From positions 3,456,001-3,520,000 of the forward strand of contig OY969695.1 of the NCBI GenBank assembly GCA_963701965.1: a stretch of 64,000 nt of DNA. Direction: 5' to 3'. Within the stretch, counting starts at the first letter, position 1. Each line of letters begins with the position of its first letter. The notes under the pieces were generated by a model, which saw only the letters and a program-made list of their open reading frames with translations, was not told where the DNA came from and ran no database searches. Both the position numbers and the translations under genes were made by a program. This stretch comes from an uncultured Gemmatimonadales bacterium (lineage in GTDB: Bacteria; Gemmatimonadota; Gemmatimonadetes; Gemmatimonadales; Gemmatimonadaceae). Shown here one piece after another: positions 17,127 through 24,949 of this stretch.

Positions 17127-19081
17127 CGCTGCACTGCTTCGCCGTCTTTCACCTCAATCTCGCGTTCTCGTCCATCGAGGAAGAACAGCGTCCGACGGTG
17201 ATGGACCGGTGCTACTGGCCGCTGCTCGATCTCGTGCGCCAGCATCGCGTCCCGATCGGGATCGAGGCGCCCGGCTCCACGTTGGAGATGGCCGAGGCGA
17301 TCGATCCGGAGTGGGTCAATGTGCTGCGCGCCCTGGTGCGGAATGGGCAGGTCGAGTTCATCGGCAGCGGATATGCGCAGCTCATCGGACCGCTGGTACC
17401 GGCCGACGTGGTGCGCGCCAACCTGCGCCTTGGGCACGCCGTGTACGAACGATTGCTCGGCGTCCGTCCGACGGTCGCCCTGGTGCACGAGCAGGCCTGG
17501 TCGGCCTCGCTGGTCTCGCATTACCGCGACGCCGGATACGGCGCCGTCATCATGGAGTGGGAGAATCCTCGCGCGACGCACGAGGAGTGGCCGGCCGAAT
17601 GGCGCTACCATCCCCAGCGCGCGCTCGGGACCGACGGCGCATCGATTCCGGTGCTGTGGAATCACTCCATCGCGTTCCAGAAGCTGCAGCGCTACGCCCA
17701 CGGCGAGATCGAGACCGAGGAGTATCTCGAGTATCTGCGCGGCCACTATGGCGCCGGCGATCGGGTACTGGCGATCTACGGCAGCGACGCCGAGGTGTTC
17801 GACTACCGGCCGGGCCGCTATCGCACCGAGGCCGCGCTGAGCGCGCTGGGCGAGTGGCAGCGGTTGAACGCCCTCTTCACTGTGCTGGGCGCCGAGCCCG
17901 GTCTGGCGCCGATCACGCCGAGCGCGGCGCTCGGGCTGATCAATGGTCCGGATGCCGGCCATGATGTGCGGCTGGAAACCGCCCGGCACCCGGTACCGGT
18001 CAAGAAGCAGCCCAAGTATGACCTCGCGCGCTGGGCCGTCACGGGTCGCGATGATCTCGGCATCAACACGGCGTGTTGGCGTATCGCCGAGGCGCTGATC
18101 GCCCGCGGTGGGGACGACAGCGAGTGGCGGGAGTTGTGCTATCTGTGGAGCAGCGACTTTCGCACGCATATCACGGCGTCCCGTTGGGACGCCTATATCG
18201 CGCGTCTCGCTGCGCTCGACGCGCGTCATCGTCGGCCCAGGGTACTCCGGTCGGCGCAGCCGTTGCCGGCCGAGGTCACCGTGCGCCGCGAAGGCCGGTA
18301 CCTGACCGTCGACACTGAAACCGTTGGCGTGCGGCTCAACTGCCGGCGCGGCCTGGCCATCGACGCGCTGACGTTTCCCCATCTCTCGCCGCTGGCGCTG
18401 TGCGGCAGTGTGCCGCACGGCTACTTCGACCGCATCGATTGGAGCGCCGACCAGTACACGGGGTTTCTGGTCCTCGCGGCCGCCGGTCAACACCAGGTCA
18501 CGGATCTCGAGCCGGCCGAGCCCGTGGTGACGTGGGATGAGGCGACCGACCGCGTCATCGTGAGCGCGTGTGTCGGGACGCCGTTGGGCCGGATCGAAAA
18601 GACAATCGCGGTGGGCCGTGCCGACGCGCGGGTGGAAGTGCGCTACCGGCTCGACTGGCCGGAGATTCCGCTGGGGACACTGCGGCTGGGGCACGTCACG
18701 CTCATCCCGACGTCATTCGATGCCGGCTCTCTGTTCTATGCGACGCACAACGGCGGCACGACGCTGGAGCGCTTCGCGCTCGACGGCGAAGTCGATCATG
18801 TGCAGCCCGTGTCCCACCTCGTCTCGTGTCGAGGGGGCGTGGGTGCGACCGGCGGTGTCATCCTACTGGGTGACGCTCAGAGGGCCGTTCAGATAGAGAT
18901 CGACCGGCAGGCGGCGGCGTTGTTTCCCCTGATCACGATGCATCGCATCGGCGACCGCTATCTGTGCCGGGTGACGCTCTCGGCCCGGGAGTTGGATGAC
19001 ACCAGCCGACTGGGCCGGAGTCGTTTCGTCGACGAGCTGGCCTTCGCGATCTCAGGCCGCGAGCGCGCGGCGGCCCTCTAA
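17123..19081 (+). CDS. GH57/NodB-superfamily (beta/alpha)7 protein, putative sugar deacetylase/hydrolase
   Basis: FHLN...CYWPLL, VEFIGSGYAQLIGPL, YGSDAEVFD motifs; C-terminal beta-rich domain. Confidence 0.55.
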   Translation: MTLHCFAVFHLNLAFSSIEEEQRPTVMDRCYWPLLDLVRQHRVPIGIEAPGSTLEMAEAIDPEWVNVLRALVRNGQVEFIGSGYAQLIGPLVPADVVRANLRLGHAVYERLLGVRPTVALVHEQAWSASLVSHYRDAGYGAVIMEWENPRATHEEWPAEWRYHPQRALGTDGASIPVLWNHSIAFQKLQRYAHGEIETEEYLEYLRGHYGAGDRVLAIYGSDAEVFDYRPGRYRTEAALSALGEWQRLNALFTVLGAEPGLAPITPSAALGLINGPDAGHDVRLETARHPVPVKKQPKYDLARWAVTGRDDLGINTACWRIAEALIARGGDDSEWRELCYLWSSDFRTHITASRWDAYIARLAALDARHRRPRVLRSAQPLPAEVTVRREGRYLTVDTETVGVRLNCRRGLAIDALTFPHLSPLALCGSVPHGYFDRIDWSADQYTGFLVLAAAGQHQVTDLEPAEPVVTWDEATDRVIVSACVGTPLGRIEKTIAVGRADARVEVRYRLDWPEIPLGTLRLGHVTLIPTSFDAGSLFYATHNGGTTLERFALDGEVDHVQPVSHLVSCRGGVGATGGVILLGDAQRAVQIEIDRQAAALFPLITMHRIGDRYLCRVTLSARELDDTSRLGRSRFVDELAFAISGRERAAAL

Positions 19082-20027
19082 CCACTCCGCGAACCGCGCC
19101 AGTCCCGCGGTCAGCGTCGTGGCCGGCCGGTAGCCCAGGAGTCGCCCGGCTTTCTCAATGTTGGCCCAAGTCGCGGGGACATCGCCGGGTTGCATCGGCA
19201 GATGTTCGATCGCGGCCGGGCGTCCGAGGGCGTCCTCGATCCCGGTCAGGAGCTCCCGCATCGAGACCGGCTGGTCGTTCCCCAGGTTCATGATCTCGAA
19301 CGGGGTCGCCCGATAGTCGAGCGCCGCCCGAATGCCGGCGACAATGTCATCGACGTACGTGTAGTCGCGCATGGTGGCGCCGTCGCCGAACACCGGCAGG
19401 CGCTCACCGCGCAGGACCTTCGACGCGAACCGGTGAATCGCCAGATCCGGCCGCTGGCGCGGGCCGTAGACCGTGAAGAGGCGGAGCGCCAGGAATCGCA
19501 TGCCGTGCCGCGCGGCGTACTCCCGTCCCAGGTCCTCGCCCAACAGCTTCGTGAGCGCGTATGGGCTGATGGGCTGCAATGCCGCATCCTCGTTCCACGG
19601 CGTATGCGGATTCACGCCATAGACACTGCTCGACGATGCGAAGACGAACTGGGGGATGCCCCGCTCGCGCGCCAGCTCCAGCAGATTGTAGGTGCCGTTC
19701 ACGTTGACATCGTGATACAGCGCCGGGTGTTCGAGCGACGGACGGACCCCGGCCCGCGCCGCCAGAATGCACCACGGCGTCGTAGTCGCCGCGGAGCCGC
19801 GCCCGCAGGGTGGGGAGCGTCCGGATGTCCGACTGGACGAGCGTGTAGCCGCGATAGGCCCCGTGTCGCGCCACCTGCTGGCGCTTGAACGCCGGCGGAG
19901 AGAAGTCGTTGAAGTCGTCGACGACCGTGACGCGCCATCCCTCGGCCAGCAGCGCGTCGGTCACGTGGCTGCCGATGAATCCCGCGCCGCCGGTGACGAG
20001 TGCGTGCCGCGTCATGTGAGAGCTCAT
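19052..20027 (-). CDS. NAD-dependent epimerase (UDP-glucuronate 4-epimerase-like) with apparent +1 frameshift near 19766
   Basis: TGGAGFIGSH...DAVVH in one frame joins LAARAGVRPSL...ASSSSVYG, PYALTK and TVYGPRQRPDLA in the next. Confidence 0.8.
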
Positions 20028-21421
20028 GTGAGGGCCGCCAGCTCGCCGGCGACGCGCGTCAAGAGCGCGCTCCAGTCATGGCGGGGCTCGGCGCCCATGA
20101 TGCGCATCGTCGGATACCACGGCCGCCGCCCGGTGTTGAACGACGTCCAGTCACCCTGGGGGCTCGGCAGGAGCCGCCACGCCGGCACGCCGAGGGCGCC
20201 GCTCAGCTCCCCGACGGCGTTGCCGACGGTGATGACCAGGTCCAGGTTCGCGATCAACGCCGCCATGCCGTCGAAGTCATCGCGCCGGTCGAGATCCGGG
20301 AACTCGTGAATGTGGACGCCGAACCGGTCCCGCGCGGTCGCCAGAGCGAGCGAGCAGTCGTCGTACTGCAGGTTGATGAACTGCGCGCCGGGCGTCTGCA
20401 GCACCGGACCCCACCGGTCGAGCGTCGAGTAGGAACGGGCCCGCTCGGCGGTCATGAGCCCGCTGCGCCAGCTGATCCCCACCTTGAGCCCGGGGCCGAG
20501 CGCGGCGACGCGCGCGTGCCACTGCCGCACGCGCTCCGCGTCGGGAACGAGATACCCTGAGTGCGTGGGGAAGCTCTCGACCGTGGGCCTAAGCCAACGC
20601 GGCAGATCACCGATCGCCGACTGGTAGTCCGCCGCGAGCGGTTCGGCGGGCGGTTCGACCCGGGCCGAGTTGATGACGTCGGCCTGGGGGAACGATCGGG
20701 TAAAGAGCGAGACGAGTCGCGACGTGCAGGCGAACGTCACTTTGCCGGCGCGGGCGATGAGATCGGGCAGGCAGTTGGCGAACATGATCTCGTCTCCCAC
20801 GCCCTGCTCGCGCCACACCAACACGTGCTGGCCCGTGATGTCCTCGCCCGACCACTGCGGGTAGGGGAGTGGATAGCGCCACTTCGCGTACCGCGTATGT
20901 TGCCAGCGGTAGGCGTAGCCTTCCCAGCCCGCCTGGAGATCGCCCGCGCACAACTCGTGGAGGGCCAGATCCCAACGCGCTTCGTTCTGCTCAGGCTTGA
21001 GCGCGACATAGCGCCGTCCGGCCGCGACGCGCTCGTCGAGCAACTCCAGGTCGTCCGTGATCCTCCACAGCGCCGACGCCGCATCCACCGAGTCCGGCGC
21101 GTAGCGCACGGCGTCCCGGAAAAATTCCCGGGCCGCCGGCAAATCGCCCGCCATGGCGCGCAACTGCCCCAGTGCGAGATGCGCGCCGGATAACGTGCGA
21201 TCCAGCGCGAGGGCGCGCCGGAGCGAAGCGACGGCGTCGTCGTGTTGGTTGAGGCTCGCCAGCGCGAGTCCCAGCGCCAGGTGACCTGCCGCGAGCCGCG
21301 GCGTCTCCGCCAGCCCGCGCCGGTAGGCGACGACCGCGGCATCCAGGTTCCCGGACCGGTGCAGTTCCGCGGCCGATTCCAGCGAGCGAACGGCGCGCTG
21401 GATCTTGGCGGTGGCCGTCAC
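20024..21421 (-). CDS. Second TPR plus GT-B glycosyltransferase
   Basis: TPRs, then VWREQGVGDEIMFA, GISWRSG and INLQY; paralog of 5598-7814. GTG start overlaps the upstream stop. Confidence 0.75.
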   Translation of the reverse strand: MTATAKIQRAVRSLESAAELHRSGNLDAAVVAYRRGLAETPRLAAGHLALGLALASLNQHDDAVASLRRALALDRTLSGAHLALGQLRAMAGDLPAAREFFRDAVRYAPDSVDAASALWRITDDLELLDERVAAGRRYVALKPEQNEARWDLALHELCAGDLQAGWEGYAYRWQHTRYAKWRYPLPYPQWSGEDITGQHVLVWREQGVGDEIMFANCLPDLIARAGKVTFACTSRLVSLFTRSFPQADVINSARVEPPAEPLAADYQSAIGDLPRWLRPTVESFPTHSGYLVPDAERVRQWHARVAALGPGLKVGISWRSGLMTAERARSYSTLDRWGPVLQTPGAQFINLQYDDCSLALATARDRFGVHIHEFPDLDRRDDFDGMAALIANLDLVITVGNAVGELSGALGVPAWRLLPSPQGDWTSFNTGRRPWYPTMRIMGAEPRHDWSALLTRVAGELAALT

Positions 21422-21927
21422 GCGTGCACCGGCGCCGCGACCACTTCCAGCGTCGGATCCAGTGCGATGGCCCGTGCGCGGCAGCGGGCCGCCTCCGTCG
21501 GATCTCCCCCAATCTCGCACAGGTGCGCGAGGTTGAGCCATGCCAGCGCGTTCGTGGGATCGATCTCGATCGCGGTCGTGTAGCAGCGTGCCGCGTCGGC
21601 CGGGCGTCCCAGGGCGACCATGACCCGTCCCAGATTGCTATGGTACGCCGGGACCCGGTGTTGGCGCGCGATCGCTTGGCCGATCCAGTCGGCGGCCAGG
21701 GCGTGTTGCCCCAGCTGGCTGGCGGCGACCCCGGCCAAATGCATGGCACCGGGGTCGCTTTCGTCGACAGCCAGTCCCCTCATGTACAACACTGCTGCCT
21801 CTATGTACCGCCCCGCGACGTGGTGCGCGTAGCCGTCCCGAATGTATGTCCGGACCCGAGCGGCATCCGAGGCGGAGAGCGCTGGTGAAGCGTCCCAGTC
21901 CCGCATCGGGGCGAAGTCGAACATCAT
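21418..21927 (-). CDS. Small TPR-only protein
   Basis: About four TPR repeats (AMHLAGV, YHSNLGRV, AWLNLA). Confidence 0.7.
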   Translation of the reverse strand: MMFDFAPMRDWDASPALSASDAARVRTYIRDGYAHHVAGRYIEAAVLYMRGLAVDESDPGAMHLAGVAASQLGQHALAADWIGQAIARQHRVPAYHSNLGRVMVALGRPADAARCYTTAIEIDPTNALAWLNLAHLCEIGGDPTEAARCRARAIALDPTLEVVAAPVHA

Positions 21928-21943
21928 GTGCTCTTACTCTTCT

Positions 21944-21979
21944 CAACGGAGGGGGAGCTCGTCGCTCCCCCGTCCGTTG
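21944..21979 (-). terminator. Strong hairpin just downstream of flagellin (mRNA stabiliser or partial terminator)
   Basis: CAACGGA-GGGGGAGC / GCTCCCCC-g-TCCGTTG inverted repeat; no U-tract on the flagellin strand. Confidence 0.55.
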
Positions 21980-21985
21980 TTTGGG

Positions 21986-22855
21986 TCAGAGACCAAAAAG
22001 ATGGAGGACGCTCGCGTTCGCCTGACTAGCCAAGCTCAGAGACTCGATACCGAGGCTCTGGCGAGTCTGGAGGGCCAACATGTTCGCGCCTTCCTGGTTC
22101 GGATCGGCCAGGGTGAGGTTATCCGCGCCCTGGTTCAGGGTGTTGACCGTGCTCGACGCGAACTGCTGACGGATCGTGACCACGCCGAGGTTCGCGGCGA
22201 GGGTCTGCGTCTGCGTCTGGAGGCTGGACAGCGCCGAGGTCAACTGGTTCGCGTGCGTGTCGAGGATGTTCTGGAAGCTCGCATTGCCCCAGCTGTGGGC
22301 GCCGGTCGCACCTGCCGACACGATACCCAGACCGGTGGCCGTCGACGCCGCGAAGGTCGTGCGCCCGCCGGCCAGCGCCGAGAAGCCTTGCAGCTTCAGC
22401 GAGCTGGTGTTGTTCTCGTTGAACACGACGGTCAACGACTGGTTCTCGAGCAGGTTGATGCCCTTGTAGTTGGCATCGGCGACTGCCTGGTTCACCTGCG
22501 TGCGAAGCGTGTTGAACTGCGTCTGCAGCGTGTCGCGGCCGGCCGTCGTCGCCGAGCGGGCCGACTGAATGACACCTTGCATCTGCTGGATCAGGGCCGT
22601 GATCGCGGTGATGCCGTTCTGGGCCTGCGTCACCGTCTGCACCGCCTCACCCATGTCGTTCTGCAGACCCTGGAGGTCGTTGGCGCGGTTCCGCTCCGAC
22701 GACGCCGTGAAGAACGAGCTCGGATCGTCGATCGCGCTGTTGACCTTGAACCCAGTGGCCAGATCGTTCTGGGTCTTGTTCATCTGCGTGGTCGTGTTCT
22801 GGAGGCTGAGCAGGTTCTGCTGCATCGAGGCCGACAGAACGATATTCGTCGACAT
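21986..22855 (-). CDS. fliC: Flagellin (289 aa, alpha/Desulfobacterota type)
   Basis: LSASMQQNLLSLQ...LATGFKVNSAIDDPSSFF and LTLADPNQEGANMLALQTRQSL...SLSLASQANASVL. Confidence 0.93.
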   Translation of the reverse strand: MSTNIVLSASMQQNLLSLQNTTTQMNKTQNDLATGFKVNSAIDDPSSFFTASSERNRANDLQGLQNDMGEAVQTVTQAQNGITAITALIQQMQGVIQSARSATTAGRDTLQTQFNTLRTQVNQAVADANYKGINLLENQSLTVVFNENNTSSLKLQGFSALAGGRTTFAASTATGLGIVSAGATGAHSWGNASFQNILDTHANQLTSALSSLQTQTQTLAANLGVVTIRQQFASSTVNTLNQGADNLTLADPNQEGANMLALQTRQSLGIESLSLASQANASVLHLFGL

Positions 22856-22867
22856 ACTGTGTGTGCT

Positions 22868-22921
22868 CCCATTCTGGGTTGACTGTCGCCGGGTTCTTCC
22901 GGCGGGGTCCCGATTCTCGGG
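22868..22921 (-). promoter_or_regulatory. Structured flagellin 5'UTR with three AGAAY-loop hairpins
   Basis: mRNA sense: CCCG-AGAAT-CGGG, CGCCGG-AAGAAC-CCGGCG, CCC-AGAAT-GGG. The last overlaps the GGGAG SD. Confidence 0.6.
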
Positions 22922-22933
22922 GCCTGTAGTTCA

Positions 22934-22962
22934 GTATCGGCCGGCACCGCCGCCGAGTTGAG
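22934..22962 (-). promoter_or_regulatory. sigma28 promoter for flagellin
   Basis: CTCAAC-N15-GCCGATAC. Confidence 0.85.
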
Positions 22963-22977
22963 GATGTGCTGCACCGA

Positions 22978-23006
22978 CTCAAGTCTGGACACCGCGCCGC
23001 CGATAC
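22978..23006 (+). promoter_or_regulatory. sigma28 promoter for the divergent unknown gene
   Basis: CTCAAG-N15-GCCGATAC, 8 nt before ATG 23015. Confidence 0.85.
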
Positions 23007-23014
23007 TGGACAGC

Positions 23015-23749
23015 ATGTCCGTCAGTGTCCTGACTTCCACGATCCAGAACACGTTTGGTGAGACGCGCACCGATGCGCAGTACATCGGGGATCTCAACAA
23101 CCGTCAAACGTATCGGATCGACTTGACCGGGTCGCTCGTCCCGCGCGATAAGGGCGACTACTACAAGTTCCGCGTCACGGCGAACAACACGAACATTCGG
23201 TTGTTCTCATTCGAGCAGACGGCGGGCAGCGGGACCACTGCCGCCAACAGCTCCAGCACGCCGCAGGGCACGGCCGCCAATCCGCTGGACACCGGCAACC
23301 TCACGTCCCTCGTCGACCAGGGACAGTTGCGGTACCAGTTGTATACCCAGACGGGCAAGCTGGTGGCCGATAGCAGCCCGGGGTCGGGGAACCTGTTCCA
23401 TGCCTATCAGAACCTCACCAGCTCGACGAATATGCAGCTGTCGACGGGCACCTACACGATCAAGGTCTCGCCGGGGCCGAACGCGAACCCGCACACCACG
23501 TACGAGTACCTCTTCACGCTGCGGGGCGACGGTTCGCCGATCACCGATACCAGCACCAATGCCACGCGCCGCGCGTTCGACACCACGGCGACGGCCGCTA
23601 GCAACAAGGACACGACGGTGACGCTCGGCAGTGCCGGGAATGCCACCATCCTGAGCACGAATGCGGGTGTGTCGGAGAGCCTGTTCACCACTCTGCAGAA
23701 CAGCGCCAGCGGCCAGACCAGCGGGTCGACGATCAACCTGCTGGCGTAG
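23015..23749 (+). CDS. Unknown Ser/Thr-rich protein with PPC-like beta-sandwich motifs, candidate flagellar export substrate
   Basis: DKGDYYKFRV...YQLY...GTYTIKVS pattern, no signal peptide, C-terminal GSTINLLA, own sigma28 promoter. Confidence 0.7.
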   Translation: MSVSVLTSTIQNTFGETRTDAQYIGDLNNRQTYRIDLTGSLVPRDKGDYYKFRVTANNTNIRLFSFEQTAGSGTTAANSSSTPQGTAANPLDTGNLTSLVDQGQLRYQLYTQTGKLVADSSPGSGNLFHAYQNLTSSTNMQLSTGTYTIKVSPGPNANPHTTYEYLFTLRGDGSPITDTSTNATRRAFDTTATAASNKDTTVTLGSAGNATILSTNAGVSESLFTTLQNSASGQTSGSTINLLA

Positions 23750-23750
23750 G

Positions 23751-24908
23751 CTAGGCTGTCGGTCCCAAATAGTTCGCCAACGAGAGACCGAGCACGCGGC
23801 TGGTCGCTTCGTACGCCGCGCTCAGCGCCGTCTGCGCGGTCAGGAGCTGCGTCGCCACCTGCGCCGTATTGATATTCTCGATATTCCCCTGCTGGGTGCT
23901 CAGGCTCGCCGCCTGGGTCGACTGCGTGCTGGCCGTGTTCTGCATCGTCTGCAGTGTCACGCCGGTCTCACTCTGGAGCCCCAGCACCTGCGTCTGCGTG
24001 CTCTCCAGCTGCGTGGTGGCCGAGGAGATCGTGTCGCTGGTCCCGGTCTGGAGCGCCTGCAGGGTCCCCTGGAGGGCGGCGATCGTGTTGCCGAAGATCT
24101 GGTCGCCGGTATGGTTCGTCGACACGGTCTGGCCGCTGCCAATGAGCGCTTGCGGGCGGTTCGTATCGCCCTGATAGGACAGGCCGGATGCGACGGCGAT
24201 CGTTTGCTTGTTGAGCGCCGCGACCGTGAACCCGGTGCCCGCCGCGATGGTGACGCCGAGGGTGCTGAAATTGAGCGCCGTCGTGCCGTTGGTCACGCCC
24301 GTGATCGTCTGCGACTGCGTCGGATCGCTCTGATTCGTCAGTGTGACGTCGCCGGCGCCGTCGGTGGTCAATTCGTAGACACCGGCTTCCGCGCCACTGC
24401 CCACAGTGACCGCACCGTCGGTCGCGCTGAGACTCGTGCCAACGAGTCCCGCCGTGCCAGGGGGCGTGGCCTGCATCGGCGGCTGGTCGGTCTTCAAGCC
24501 TCCAAAGACGTAGTTGGAGCCCACCTGCGTATTCGCCAGGTCGACGACCTGTTGCAGCAAGTCGTTGATCTCGGTGATCGCCGAGGTCCGGGTGGAGTCC
24601 CCGGGCTGCGAGTTGGCCGCGCTGGCCGCGCTCGACTGCGCCGAGGCCAGCATCTGGTTCACCGCCGTCTCCACCGAATCCTCGGTATCGAGATTCGTCT
24701 GGACGACAGCCTGATTCTGCTGGTACTGGGTGATCGCCGCCTGATTGAACGAGATGTTTATGACCTGACCCGTTCCCTGTGGGTCATCCGACGGCTGATT
24801 GAGCTTACGCTGCGTCGCCAACTCCCCGGCAAGTTGCTGGAGCTGGCTGTCCTGCGTCATTATGCCGTTGACCAGCGTTTGGTACCGGCTGAGGTCTGAA
24901 ATTCCCAT
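23751..24908 (-). CDS. flgL: Hook-filament junction protein FlgL
   Basis: ATQRKLNQPSDDP, LANTQVGSNYVFGG, ALSAAYEATSRVLGLSLANYL. Start moved to ATG 24908, just after the promoter. Confidence 0.88.
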   Translation of the reverse strand: MGISDLSRYQTLVNGIMTQDSQLQQLAGELATQRKLNQPSDDPQGTGQVINISFNQAAITQYQQNQAVVQTNLDTEDSVETAVNQMLASAQSSAASAANSQPGDSTRTSAITEINDLLQQVVDLANTQVGSNYVFGGLKTDQPPMQATPPGTAGLVGTSLSATDGAVTVGSGAEAGVYELTTDGAGDVTLTNQSDPTQSQTITGVTNGTTALNFSTLGVTIAAGTGFTVAALNKQTIAVASGLSYQGDTNRPQALIGSGQTVSTNHTGDQIFGNTIAALQGTLQALQTGTSDTISSATTQLESTQTQVLGLQSETGVTLQTMQNTASTQSTQAASLSTQQGNIENINTAQVATQLLTAQTALSAAYEATSRVLGLSLANYLGPTA

Positions 24909-24915
24909 ATCGTTG

Positions 24916-24943
24916 GTATCGGCAGCTCGGCGAAAAAGTTTAG
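24916..24943 (-). promoter_or_regulatory. sigma28 promoter for flgL
   Basis: CTAAAC-N14-GCCGATAC (TAAA-N15-GCCGATAC), 7 nt before the ATG. Confidence 0.8.
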
Positions 24944-24949
24944 GGGTTA

